This document shows, one piece after another, positions 12,608 to 23,644 of a stretch of 64,000 nt of DNA. The notes beneath the pieces were generated by a model that saw only the letters and a list, made by a program, of their open reading frames with translations, was not told where the DNA came from and searched no databases. The stretch lies in the NCBI GenBank assembly GCA_013265495.1, contig MU057724.1, forward strand, positions 1,069,102 through 1,133,101, written 5' to 3'. The position numbers were made by a program, and so were the translations under genes. This DNA is from Vicugna vicugna. Taxonomy: Eukaryota. Numbering within the stretch: the first letter of the stretch is position 1; each line of letters begins with the position of its first letter.

Positions 12608-13639
12608 AAATGAAATGTCCAGGACTCAGACTTTAACAGCTGCAGGTGTGACATGAGAACCCTGACTTCCTGCCCTCTGGTCGACCCCTGCTGGCCACAT
12701 AGGGAAATTCAGGACAGGAGAGACCACGATACTTGCGTGCGGCTTTGCCTGCACCTGCTTTATCTCTAAGCGTGTTCATCTGTTTTAGTGTACTTTGTTT
12801 ACTTTCTTTTCTCCTTTCAAAATAGTCACTAATTTAAATACTTAGATTTTTAAGTTTATTCTATTTATTTCCAGTACTATGTCTTAAAGTCCAAAATGTT
12901 GACTCCTAACTTAGAAAAAAAAATGAAAATGATGAAATACTAGCTTTTTCAGGTAATTAATTAGTTCTGTTTTTGTAACATTTGTCTTATATTCTTCAAC
13001 ATTAATTAGGTAAATACCAGCAACATAATAAACCTGGTATTTGTGTATGTTTGCCCTTAATATTTTCTTTCTGACTTAGAACTAGTTTAGCATTGTTATA
13101 AATGACAGTTGCCAACTAGGCTTTCCTCCAACAGCACTGGCCTGTGTTTCTCTTCTTTACATTGTGCTGTTGGTATCTGATTCTCACAGTGTCAGTTACG
13201 CTTCTTGAAGATACGAACTCTGTCACATGAATTGACAATGCTTCAGTATTTGTTAAGTGAATAAATGCACAAATGTTTCTCTTGAATGGGTGTGCATGTG
13301 TGTGTGTATGTGTGTTTAGTGTGTGGTGTGTAGATTTAATTTGTGTTCTTAATGTTTTAAGTTTCCTTGCACCTTGCTACTTTCTATCTGGAATCTATCT
13401 ATTATTTGTTATGTACCTTATTGCTTCTATGGAAAATACAGTTTTCCTGAGTGTGAGAACTGTTTTCTGATTCATCTTCTTATTTTCCAAGTTTGTCAAA
13501 GTCTCAAGAATTCCTAATCCTAATCCTATTTTTTAAAATGTAAACTTGCTATGTAATTATAAACTTGGAAGATACACAGAACTATAATTTGTTCTCCAGA
13601 AGACATTTCTGGGATGCAAGTATTTTCCAAAGAGTAATC

Positions 13640-13900
13640 AATGTTAAGTAAATGTTTATTGCATATATGTTTATTTCATTGTGTGTTGCACAATGAACAA
13701 ATAAAGAGAAAACAAATTTCTGTTCTCAACGAATTTACAGTTTAGAGGGAGACGATAGATAACCCACACAGGAACATCTGTAACACAAAATGATTTAGGC
13801 CCAGTAAAAGAACTATTTATGTGACATAGTGAGGCACAGAATATGGAGTGGTCAGTTTTATCTGCAGATTTCAGGGAAGTTTTCTCAGAGATGTTACACA
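13640..13900 (-). mobile_element. L2 3' end remnant
   Basis: 'aaatgtttattg...aaaacaaatttctgttctcaacgaatttacagtttagagggagac' is the antisense L2 terminus pattern. Confidence 0.5.
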
Positions 13901-14249
13901 GTTCCTCAGATGGGTCATTTTTGCATGTGTTTAATCTGTGCAAGTAGTTAAATGTAGTTGTATGAGAGAGAAAATTGCTATATGTATCTATAAATAATAT
14001 ATAAAAATAGATATAGAATAACTATGTAATTAATGTAAAACATAAACAAAATAATATATTGTTTGATCTATAGGCTGTTAAATACTAAATATGTAAAATA
14101 AAGTATAATATAAATACCTAGATCTAACAGCAAATACAGTCACAACTGCACACGAGCAGAATCCATCACCCAGCTCTGCGCACCTGACTTCTAAAGAGGC
14201 CGCGTGTCTCAGATTCTCCCCTAACCCACTGCCCCCACCCTCGCCCCAG

Positions 14250-14827
14250 CCACCACCTTCTTATTGCTGGGTTGCTGAACAAACTCGTTAAGCTGGTTCT
14301 CACTTTGTCCCCCTAGAATCATCTCCCACACTGTTGCCAGAATGTGCATTCTCATTAAGCCTTGCTCAGTGTCTTCTACTTCTCAGGGCAGCGTCCAGCC
14401 TGCCCTGCCCGCCCTCCCCCCTCCGTTGCGTTAACTTCTCTCACTCCTCACTCCTGAACCTCCACAAGGGGCAGATCTTCTCAAAGCCCTCGAGTGGGCT
14501 GCGGTCCTCTGTCATCCCGAGCATGCCTGTGACTCAGACTCTCTCCCCCATATTGGGGCCCTCCTTCCTTGCCCCAGCTGGCTGACTCCTGCCAACCAGT
14601 CGGGAGCTGTGGGGCAGCTCTGCCTCTGAGACTCATCCCCTGACCTTCCTCAGCCGGGTCCCTGTCCTTGCTCACCCCCTTAGAGCTTTACTGTGCTGAC
14701 ATGTTCCGGGCCCCCATCCACTGTACATGTCGTGTGTGGGCGAGCGGGACTCACTCCTGTTTCATCATAGCTTGCTTTGAAAATATCTCACACTCAGTAG
14801 ATATGTTTGAATAAATGAATCGAATGC
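14250..14827 (+). mobile_element. L2 remnant
   Basis: C/T-rich L2-like body ending 'cactcagtagatatgtttgaataaatgaatcgaatg'. Confidence 0.5.
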
Positions 14828-16431
14828 CAGCTGAAAGACACCTTTTGGGCCTTCAATACACTTTGGAAAACCTGTTAATGCTCTTGTTTCTCTGTTCCTC
14901 CCTGTCTTACAGTGAAGAGTGCGCGTCAGGAGGCTCTAGAACGCTGGATAGGGGGACTGGGAGGAAAACAGGTGTCGCCCCTGTGCGGGCAGGTTTACTG
15001 ACACCCCGAGCACCCCCCCCCCAGGCACGGGCACACCTCACAGGACGGAGAGGAGGAGGAAGCTGCCCAGCTGCCCATCGGGCAGTTTAGGAGCCCATCC
15101 TCCCCTCCCCCACCTCTGCTCAAGGCACCTCTCCCCTCAGGCAGGCTGCGGAAAGGGCGTCCCTGGGGCGTGTCACGATGCACGGTCCAGCCCTTTTCTG
15201 TCATGTAGGAAAACCGGCGCTAATTCTAAACAAGAAGCAGAGAGACAAGAACCTCAGTCTATTCTGTAACTTTCTAAAATATGTTTTAATAGATTTGACT
15301 GTCCCTGATTTCCTTAGAAAATATATTTTACCATTTTTATTGAAAATGATGTATAATGCACCCTGCCAGGCAGTTCCTTTCTGTTTTCAAGGGCTTTAGG
15401 GGGAGGAGTAAATGAGTCACCGCTTTCCTTCACATGCATTTTGGGTTGTCAAATTGTCTTTGAAAGTAGCCTCAGGTTGCTTGACTTCACAGTAGGTAAG
15501 GTGTGGATCTCTGTCGGCCTCCTGACTTTTTCGGTCCCGGCTGCTCCCACTTTAATCTAAGGGTTCTCTGTCCTTAGGAGTGAATAAGGGCCTCGTTAGA
15601 GCAGGTGAGTGAAAGGCCGTGTGCCAGCTCTGCTCTGCGCGTGAGGTGCTGAGCTCCACCCTCAAGGACGAAGCTGAGAAGTCAGGCCCAGGCCTGGCCT
15701 TAGGCGCTTTTGTCTGAAAGAGAACCAGCCCTTTCGTTGAGGCTCCTCTGTTTCCTCCTCCCGTCACTATGGAAACTTATCTCTTACAGGTTTTCAAACT
15801 TTCGGGCCACCCATGCGACCTGGCAGAGAAGCCGTGGAGAAGAGCTGTCAGAGGTGGGAACTGTCTTTCAAAATAAAAAGGCTAGTGCTTAAATTTGCAG
15901 GCCCTGCAGCCTCACAGCTTGGGTTCAGATCTGTTTGCAGACCATGTAAGGCGGGCTCCCAGTGCAAGCAGTCAAAGGGGTGGTCATTACAGGCCCTTCT
16001 TCCTGGGTTTTGCACGGCTTCCTATAGAAAAGTCCTGAGGACACTGTCGGCACAGGGTCTCAGTCAGTGCTAGCGATTGTTACCAAGTTTCACCTTCCAG
16101 CATCACGTTGGAAGGAACCACTGAGTGAGTGGCTCCTGGAGGCAGTGGGGGTGACAGAAACCGTCATGCAGTGGGCCACACGTGTCAGCGTCAAGGACAG
16201 ACACGTTTTATTGCAGGTAAACCAGCAAGCAGACAAACTCTCCCCGAGCCTGTAGTGCAGTTTGAGCTGTAACCTAATTAGTACCCTGTTATCTCAAACG
16301 TGTTATTGTCACAGGACATGGGGCAGAAAGGTGTATTTCATCATGCACTTCTGTCGTGATTCAGCAAAACAAAAATTAGAGAAAAAGTTTAGAATTGTGG
16401 TTGTTACTAAGAAATTGATTACTTGGATAGC

Positions 16432-16523
16432 TTTTCCTCCCCCTTCCCTCTTTCCTTCTCTTCTCTCCTCCTCTCTCCTCCCTCCCTTCCTTCCTCCTTC
16501 TTTTCTTTCTTTCCTTTCTTTTT
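16432..16523. repeat. CT-rich low-complexity (polypyrimidine) tract
   Basis: About 90 nt composed of C/T only. Confidence 0.9.
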
Positions 16524-16842
16524 GAGGGAGGAAATGTTTTACTCAGATGTGGTGCTCTCCTAGGCAGGAATAGGTTACTTTGACAGGTGCATTCATCTTT
16601 TGTCGCATGGTCAGAGGACCATGCTGAGTCTCAGGGTAGCTGTCAAAAACAAGTTCAGCTCATACATGGAAATGCGTGGCTGTGGCAGTGGCAGTGAAGC
16701 GCGTGACAGTGAAACAGGCTTAGGGGATGACGTCTTGTTGAGATGTATGTCTTGGCTAAGCCTGTACGTGTTTTTACCTCTTTTTCCCCCTTTTGAATTC
16801 TGAGTTCTTTTTTAAATCTTTCTAACTTCACATGAAATGCTA

Positions 16843-17010
16843 CAGTGCAGCAGAAAGTGTGTGGGCACTAAAATTAGAGCTAAGATCAAGAAAGGTCTGG
16901 TACATATCCGGGCAAATTATATAACCTCCTCACGTGTCAGTGTCTGCGTCTGTAAGGTGCAGAGGATGTCTCCCTGCAAGATGCTTGGGGATTAAGCACA
17001 TAAAGCAGGC
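16843..17010 (+). mobile_element. MIR SINE remnant
   Basis: Core 'gggcaaattatataacctcctcacgtgtcagtgtctgcgtctgtaagg'. Confidence 0.5.
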
Positions 17011-17235
17011 TGATGTCTCACCATCATGCACACGAGGCAGGGGTGAGCATGAAGTCCCTCCTCCTGTCTTGAGACTGTGAGCACGTGTGAGCTGAGGTGT
17101 ACCCCGCCCCCCTGTGTTTGTGGCTCAGCAGCTCCTGGCGAAGTCCTTTCATGGCGTGGGTGGCCCAGGAACGCCACCTCTCAGGGCTGTGGCTCCAGTT
17201 TCATGATCACTTCTATGCAGAGAATACTAGGCACA

Positions 17236-17545
17236 GAAATGTCCCACTGATGTGGGTTTGTCTCCTTTTTCTTTCAGGTCTGTCAGTTTTGCTTTGTGCA
17301 TTTTGTGGTTCCGTTGCTTGATGCATACGCATTTAAGATTGTGACGTCTTACTGCTAGGTTGACCCTTTTATCATCATGTTATGTCCCCTTCTGTCTCTA
17401 GAAAGTTTCTTTGTTTCGAAATTTATTTTATCTAATAGCGGTTTTGCTTTATTGCTGTTTGCATGTTGTGTCTTTTCCCCTTCTTTTACTTTCGACCTAC
17501 TTGTGTCTTTTAATTTGAAGGGAGTCCCTTATAGTCAGCGAACTT
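17236..17545 (-). mobile_element. Old L1 ORF2 endonuclease-region fragment
   Basis: 'gatgcatacgcatttaagattgtgacgtcttactgctaggttgacccttttatcatcatgttatgtcc' is the antisense of the L1 endonuclease region (approx. GH.IMIKGS..Q.D.TILN.YA). Confidence 0.75.
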
Positions 17546-18677
17546 CGATTTATCTTAACTGGGATTTGTATTTTCTTATTCAGTATTAAATTCTGAGAAC
17601 TTTGAAAAGTGGTTTGCCCACAAATATTGATTTAATACATAAATTTACATAACACAAATGTGAACGAAGTTTGCACATACTTTATATATTCTGCACATTC
17701 CTTATATTGTTTGCATATGTAATATATGAATATTTGTCCTAAATTGTATCAAATGTACAGGAACTGGAGATTAGATACATGAAACATTACCTAACCACAG
17801 ATGTATTAACAATCTGATGGCTGCAGACTTAAATTTAATCGTCTTGTCAAAGCAGGTGAATTTGCAAGGTGCTTTAGATATGCATGCTGGTGTTCAGCCC
17901 CACGGTGACATCAAAGAAGACTGTCAGACATTCTTCAAGGCATCAAGTTTGCGAATATGTCCTAGTCTGGAGCTGGTGCTCAGATCTTTAATCTCAGATA
18001 CCCAATTCTATCAGCAAAGTAAGAGGGGTTGTGCTTTATAAATAAAGTTGGCCTACAGTAACCAGATTTGGGAGATGGTTGTATTAAAAGAGCAGATGGA
18101 AATGCTGAGGATTTCCAAAGGATCGAGAATAGCTGCATGGCCGCACATTGGTGCGTTAACAATGAGAGTCCACCGCCCTGTGTCTCCTGTCAGCAGACAC
18201 ATAATAATGAGTGAATGCATGAAGAGAGAAACACCAAGGAAGTGAATTAGATAATCAAATGTCAGAATGGCTTCAGTGCACAGACTGAGAACAGTGCTGC
18301 CGTGGGATCACGGCAGTCTTGCCAGTGGCCAGTGGGACCGGAGTCACCAGTCATGTCCCTGGGAGGCCCTGCGTGTTAACTGTGGCCCCTCCAGGTCTGT
18401 GACCAAGCCCTCCCGGGCGACGCAGTCCTGGTGTGTGGAGATGGTTTCTATCAGGCCACGTTATCGTGTACAGCCCTGACTTCTGGGCGTCACTGCTTCT
18501 CTTTCCTCAGATTTTGAATATTTAATAACTTAATAGTTTAACAGGATCAAAGCTAATCTCATTTTTATGTCTTAAGGATGAACTTCATTGTAGGTTCAAA
18601 TGCTGAAAATGCATGCCAGGTGCTGGTGGTCCCCACACGCAGCACCACGGGGCCGGTTCCCCTCCCTGAGCCTGCAC

Positions 18678-18915
18678 TGCAGCACAGGGGTTGGGGGCAC
18701 AGGCTTGAGTCTGACTGCTGGGGTTCAAACCCGATCTAACACCTCTGCGCAAGGTAGGAGGCTTTCCATGACTCTGTCCTCCCGTTTGTGAGATGGGGCC
18801 AATGACGGTGCCTCACACAGGATGAGCATGACAGTGTGAGAAGGTAAAGTGAAAACACACGTAACACGACTTGGATGGTGCCTGGCCCACACTGAGTGTG
18901 CAGTAACGTTACCAC
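18678..18915 (+). mobile_element. MIR SINE, near full length
   Basis: tRNA-like head with B-box 'ggttcaaacc', core 'gtttgtgagatgggg', tail 'ggtgcctggcccacactgagtg'. Confidence 0.7.
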
Positions 18916-19404
18916 TTGCAGTGACTGCTCAGCATCACCAAGGAGGGCAGGACTATGACGGAACCCATGATGCCCCGCCTCACACTTAGAGCAAGTCCCT
19001 GCCTCCTTAGCCCCTGGAAGTGGCATCAGCCCAGGGTCCTGGGTGCCTGACTCAGCTGTCCCGTGTGATGCGTCCCTCCTTCTTTCCCTTCCTCCTCTCG
19101 GTTGGGACGCTCCACCCCCTCCTCTTGGGTGACACCTAAATCCACCTCCCTCCCTCCCACCCCTCTGGTCCGAGTGCCCTCAGGCTTCCCCTGGTCACTC
19201 ACCTCCCTTCCCGCTCTCCTGCCTGCTCCTTGGCCACTTCCGGCCCATCCCCACATCAGAGCCACTCCTGACTCTGTTTCACTGCCTGCAGCACCCTGGC
19301 CAGGTCTTCGCCTGCTGGTTCCTTAAAATCACCTTGATTCTAGTTCCCTGGACATGCCTCAGGGAGCTGCTCTGACCCTCCATCCCCATGGACTGGGGGA
19401 GCTT

Positions 19405-19790
19405 TGTGCTCAGGGAAATAAGTCAGAGAGAGAAAGACAGATACTTACCATATCACCTATGTGCAGAATCTGAAAAATACAACAAATAAGCAAATGTAAC
19501 ACAAAACAGGCAGGCTTACAGATGAACCGGTGGTCAGCATTGGGGTGGGAGGGACAAAACGGGGGTAGGAGCGTCAGAGGGGTAAACCACTCTGTATGAA
19601 ATCAGCTATGAGGATGTAATGGACAGCACAGGGAAGGTAACCAGTATTTTATAGTAACTGTGAATGGAATGCAGTCTTCAAACTTGTGAGTCACTCTGTT
19701 TTATACCTGAAGCTTATATAATATTGTATAGTAACTATCAATTTAAAAACAAGTGAAAATGCCTTGAAAAAATAAAGTAAAAATAAAATA
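19405..19790 (+). mobile_element. 5'-truncated cetartiodactyl-type L1 3' end with A-rich tail, inserted in an L2
   Basis: 'gaaataagtcagagagagaaagacagatac', 'acagcacagggaa', 'gtcactctgttttatacctgaagcttatataatattgta' then A-rich tail; L2-like sequence resumes after 19790. Confidence 0.85.
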
Positions 19791-20732
19791 CTCCATCCTT
19801 AGGCAGGCTTGTCCACATCACCACATTCTCCTGTCTTCACGGCATCATAAATCTCATGGAGTGACTTACTATTTCCCTCTTACTGGTGTGTTAGAATATG
19901 GACCTCCTGTGATCCTGAGTGCCTAGGACAGTGTGAGCACATAGTAATTCTTCCATAAATGTTTTTAGAACAAACAAATGTAAGAAGAACTAGAAAGTGA
20001 TAAATATATTTGTAAAAATTTTGTAAGGCTTAGGTTTTAGGTTATTAGCCTTCAAATATTTACTAAACTATCCTGATTCAATAAACAATTAACTCTGCAT
20101 ACTGGCAGTGGTTTTCAAATAAAGGAATTGAACTGTGTTGCATATCTTATGAAATATTATAAATAAAAGTAATTTGAGGTACTGTGTTTTCTGTAACTAA
20201 AGAAAAGTCTTCTCCCACTAATTTCAGGAAGAAGTTGATATTAAACATTGTGCTTTTATTGTTGTTTTAAACTGTTTTGAGAATAAAAGCAATTATAATT
20301 TTACATTAAAAAATCTAGAGGCAAGTAAATGAACAAATAAAAAGATGAACAAATAAACTGAAGAAATAAAATGGCAATTTAATTTGGAGTCCAGTTTACT
20401 GAAACTGATTTGCTGAGCATTTTCTCTGGTTATGATTTATCAAAAATAACAGGTTCTAATTACATACAACCCTTAAGAAAAATGTATGACTCAATCATGT
20501 TTTTCTTTTAGTGCATTTTATAGCATACTGTAAAATCCTTTTTAAAAAGTTTGTCCTGGGAAATGCAGACATGTTCAGAATCATTGTAGAATGTCTGACT
20601 GTTGGGTTAATAGACTGTTGCACATTTTGCTCCATGTTCCCTGGTGGTTTAATTACACATGAGCTGAAATGCAGAAACTTGCTGTTTAACCAATGTGGGA
20701 AATAATTCCAGATGAGGGAGTGCATGAGAACA

Positions 20733-20754
20733 ACACACACACACACACACACAC
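20733..20754. repeat. (AC)11 microsatellite
   Basis: Directly visible. Confidence 0.9.
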
Positions 20755-22429
20755 GCCCTGTCCGAGGTGCGGTTGTCCGTCTCAGATGCTTCAGCTAGAG
20801 GAACAGGTCTGTGGAGTCGTTTGTCTTATTACTTCTCAGCTTGATAACCCCACATCATACTGGCTCTTTATTTTCTGGGATATTTTTTAACTCAGAAAAA
20901 ACTTTCAGAAGTAAGGGAATGATACTATGTATAGTAACAGTATGACAACTTGAACATCACTAATTGAGTCTCTTCCTTTTATCCCCTCTGCTTTTTTCAT
21001 TAGTTTGTCGTTTACATCTATGCTATAGCAATAAAAATGTTCTCAGACACAAAGGAGTGCAGACTTGAAGTAAAAACGTGTGAGTCCGTACTTCTATTTC
21101 CTTGTGCTTTGAAGTTCTAGTGAAGGATAAAGAGCCGCTGCTTTAGCTGCAGCGGTTAAGACAATAAGATATAAAGTGAAAGTATTCTGACTGCAGGCCT
21201 GTGTGTGTCCTGACAGGCAGCCCGCCTCAGATGTGGACTCACACTGTTGCGCCTGCCCGACCACCTAGTCACTAGTGGTCTTGAGCACCTGCTGACGATT
21301 TATTGGAAAATCCTTGAATGGAAAAAAAAGCATAAAAGAAAATGTGGCACCCTTGGGTAGAAAACGCCCCTGGAAAGAACTGGACAATGAATTTGATCGT
21401 AACAGTGAATGCCTGCGATAAATACCTCCAACCATTCCTTTTTCTTGCACCAGTGCTTTTTCATTGTCTTTTTTGAAGACCTGTAAACCACTCTGCTGTC
21501 AGCCGCATCCATCTTACTTCTGATTGTTCTGAATGTGCCCCTCCCCCAAAACGTTAGCGTTCTGCGCTCTGTACCCTTAGCATTGCTGCTTTCTCCCTCA
21601 TTACTTTGCTTGTTATGTTTCCGTGCAAGCAATTTTAATGAAGTTTTACAAAGTAGAAAACATTCTTATTTTGCACATGTGTGGTTCTTCACCAGCTTAT
21701 TTCCAAATCCAAACTAGTGCTATTCCTTTAAAAGTTGAGCTATTAATTTACACACCATTTAACTTCCAATTGTGTTCTGAACCTAATTTAACTTTAAATT
21801 TACCTTTAAGCCATTAAGAAAGTAAGATTAGTTGAAATGCATGCAGGCCATATGGTTGTCCCAGGTCTTTCCATTTCTGATGCAAAATTTTATTTCAAAT
21901 GGGCTTGTTTACTTAGCTCAAGGTGAAATTAATCTGTTTCCTGAACTACCTTCCGGTTCTTGAAATTTGTTAAACATTTTTGGTCTTCCCTTTAGCAATG
22001 CGTCATTTGTTTTCTTTTGACTTTTCAAAATTTATTTCCACCATCTTAACTCATGTATTATCTTCGTTAGATGAAAGTGTGCCATTGACCAACCTTCTCT
22101 TTCTGTTCAAATTTGAGAATTCCCACCGTGATTTTGACGTCTTTGGCCTGATGTCTTCAGAATGCACAGGTGTTTGCTTGCTCCCAGTCTTTCCCAGGAG
22201 ACCTTGAACCATGGTGTGTGAGACCCGTCCTCTGTCTCCAGTACTTGGGCACTGAGCCTGAGAGGGCTCGTCACAGGGCAGACTCTAATCAGTGGTTGCT
22301 GCGTGAATGACTGCAGGAATCTTTTAGATGAATCAGATATTCCCCAAAGATCCCACTAAGAGTTTCTAATCATCTTACTACATATTCTGTCCAAGCACAC
22401 CCAAACATGTCAGACACAACAGAAATCAA

Positions 22430-22630
22430 ACAAAATACCTAGGAAAACTTGTCAATAAATTTGAGGGTTCCATATGGAAAAAGCACTGAACTTTCCTGAA
22501 GGGCATAAAAGATGGGAAGGAATGGAGACCATCAATCATCTTCCGTGATAAACTGCCCACAGGGCAGAATTTCCAGTCTTCTCAAGTTACAGGAGTGATG
22601 CAATTCTAACTACAATCTCAGTGGGATTAG
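22430..22630 (+). mobile_element. Highly degenerate L1 ORF2 fragment
   Basis: 'gaagggcataaaagatgggaaggaatggagac' and 'gatgcaattctaactacaatctcagtggga' resemble L1 ORF2 3' half. Confidence 0.4.
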
Positions 22631-22799
22631 TGGGTGTGGCTGGAGAGGGGTTCTGGAAGTTTTGCTTTACATTCGTCGAGAATTATTTTCAGGCAGGTTA
22701 TCTACCTACAGTATCACCTCTAATTGTAGCTTTGCTTGCCACCTGGCTGGTACTTGCTTCTTTGCATCAGCATTGTGAACTACATCAGTTCTACATCAG

Positions 22800-22849
22800 C
22801 CACTTTCCTGAGTGAAAAATTGCCCCACTTTCTTGAGTGAAAAATTGTT
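22800..22849. repeat. 25-bp tandem duplication
   Basis: CCACTTTCCTGAGTGAAAAATTGCC / CCACTTTCTTGAGTGAAAAATTGTT. Confidence 0.85.
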
Positions 22850-22941
22850 TCCAAGGTGTTTGGCATGAGAAATGCCTGAGGATACTCGTTATGGTCATCT
22901 TTCAGGCATGCCAAAATTCTCAGTGAGCATGGCCTGAACTT

Positions 22942-23080
22942 TGTAGAAGGAAGAATAATTCTTGGTTATTGATTGGGAATCCCCTGGAATATAAGACAGA
23001 TTAACAGGAGAAAAAAATTTTAATTATGTACATATGCACCAGGAGACCCACAGAGATAAAAGGCAAACTCAAAACGCAGC
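22942..23080 (-). mobile_element. Possible ERV1-type LTR fragment
   Basis: 'aagacagattaacaggagaaaaaaattttaattatgtac' resembles a motif recalled from laurasiatherian ERV1 LTRs; short and uncertain. Confidence 0.3.
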
Positions 23081-23413
23081 CAGAAACATAACAAGCAAAC
23101 TAGCGAGGGGAGAAAGCAGTGGTATTGATGATAAATGATGGTGTGCAACCTTGTCATTGCAGTTCTTGACAAAATACAAAGGCAAGCAAAAATCTTATCT
23201 TACCCACGGTTTAAAATTCAGTTATTCTCCAGATCATTGATAACTGTCATGACTCCCTCATAAGTTTTATCCAGTGTTCTTTTTTCAGGACTAGATACTA
23301 GAGTGACAGAATTTATTTATAAAGGAAAATATATGGGAATTAACTAAGTAAGTAAATAACTAAGAGGAAAGATGAAACAAGGTCTGGTCTAGCCATGCAA
23401 TTGAAAATAAATT

Positions 23414-23631
23414 CAGCAATGTGCTTGAGGTGACTTATGTCCTCTCATAAGAACCTATTTTGTGCATTTCTTCCCAAATCTGCATTCAGTGACTTCATGT
23501 TGACAGCTTGCAATGGGCCAGAGTGGGAGTATTTACATAACAAAAATCTTAAACTGATGCAAATCAGGGCTTTTCTTTTCCAGAGAGCTACTTGTTAAAC
23601 ACTTACCTCAACACTAACCAGCACACCAGTG
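23414..23631 (+). mobile_element. MER63A-like hAT-Blackjack MITE, full length
   Basis: Degenerate TIRs 'cagcaatgtgcttg'...'ccagcacaccagtg'; internal 'ttcagtgacttcatgttgacagcttg', 'gtgggagtatttac', 'aaatcagggcttt'. Confidence 0.8.
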
Positions 23632-23644
23632 AAGGTAACTCTGT

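Noticed and set aside
21265..21481. Minus-strand terminal exon VFKKDNEKALVQEKGMVGG...
   Set aside because: Acceptor lacks a polypyrimidine tract, no homologue recognised and no partner exons seen.
23289..23347. Exon-like segment with 'ttttttcag|' and '|gtaagt'
   Set aside because: All three frames contain a stop; there is no support beyond the splice motifs.
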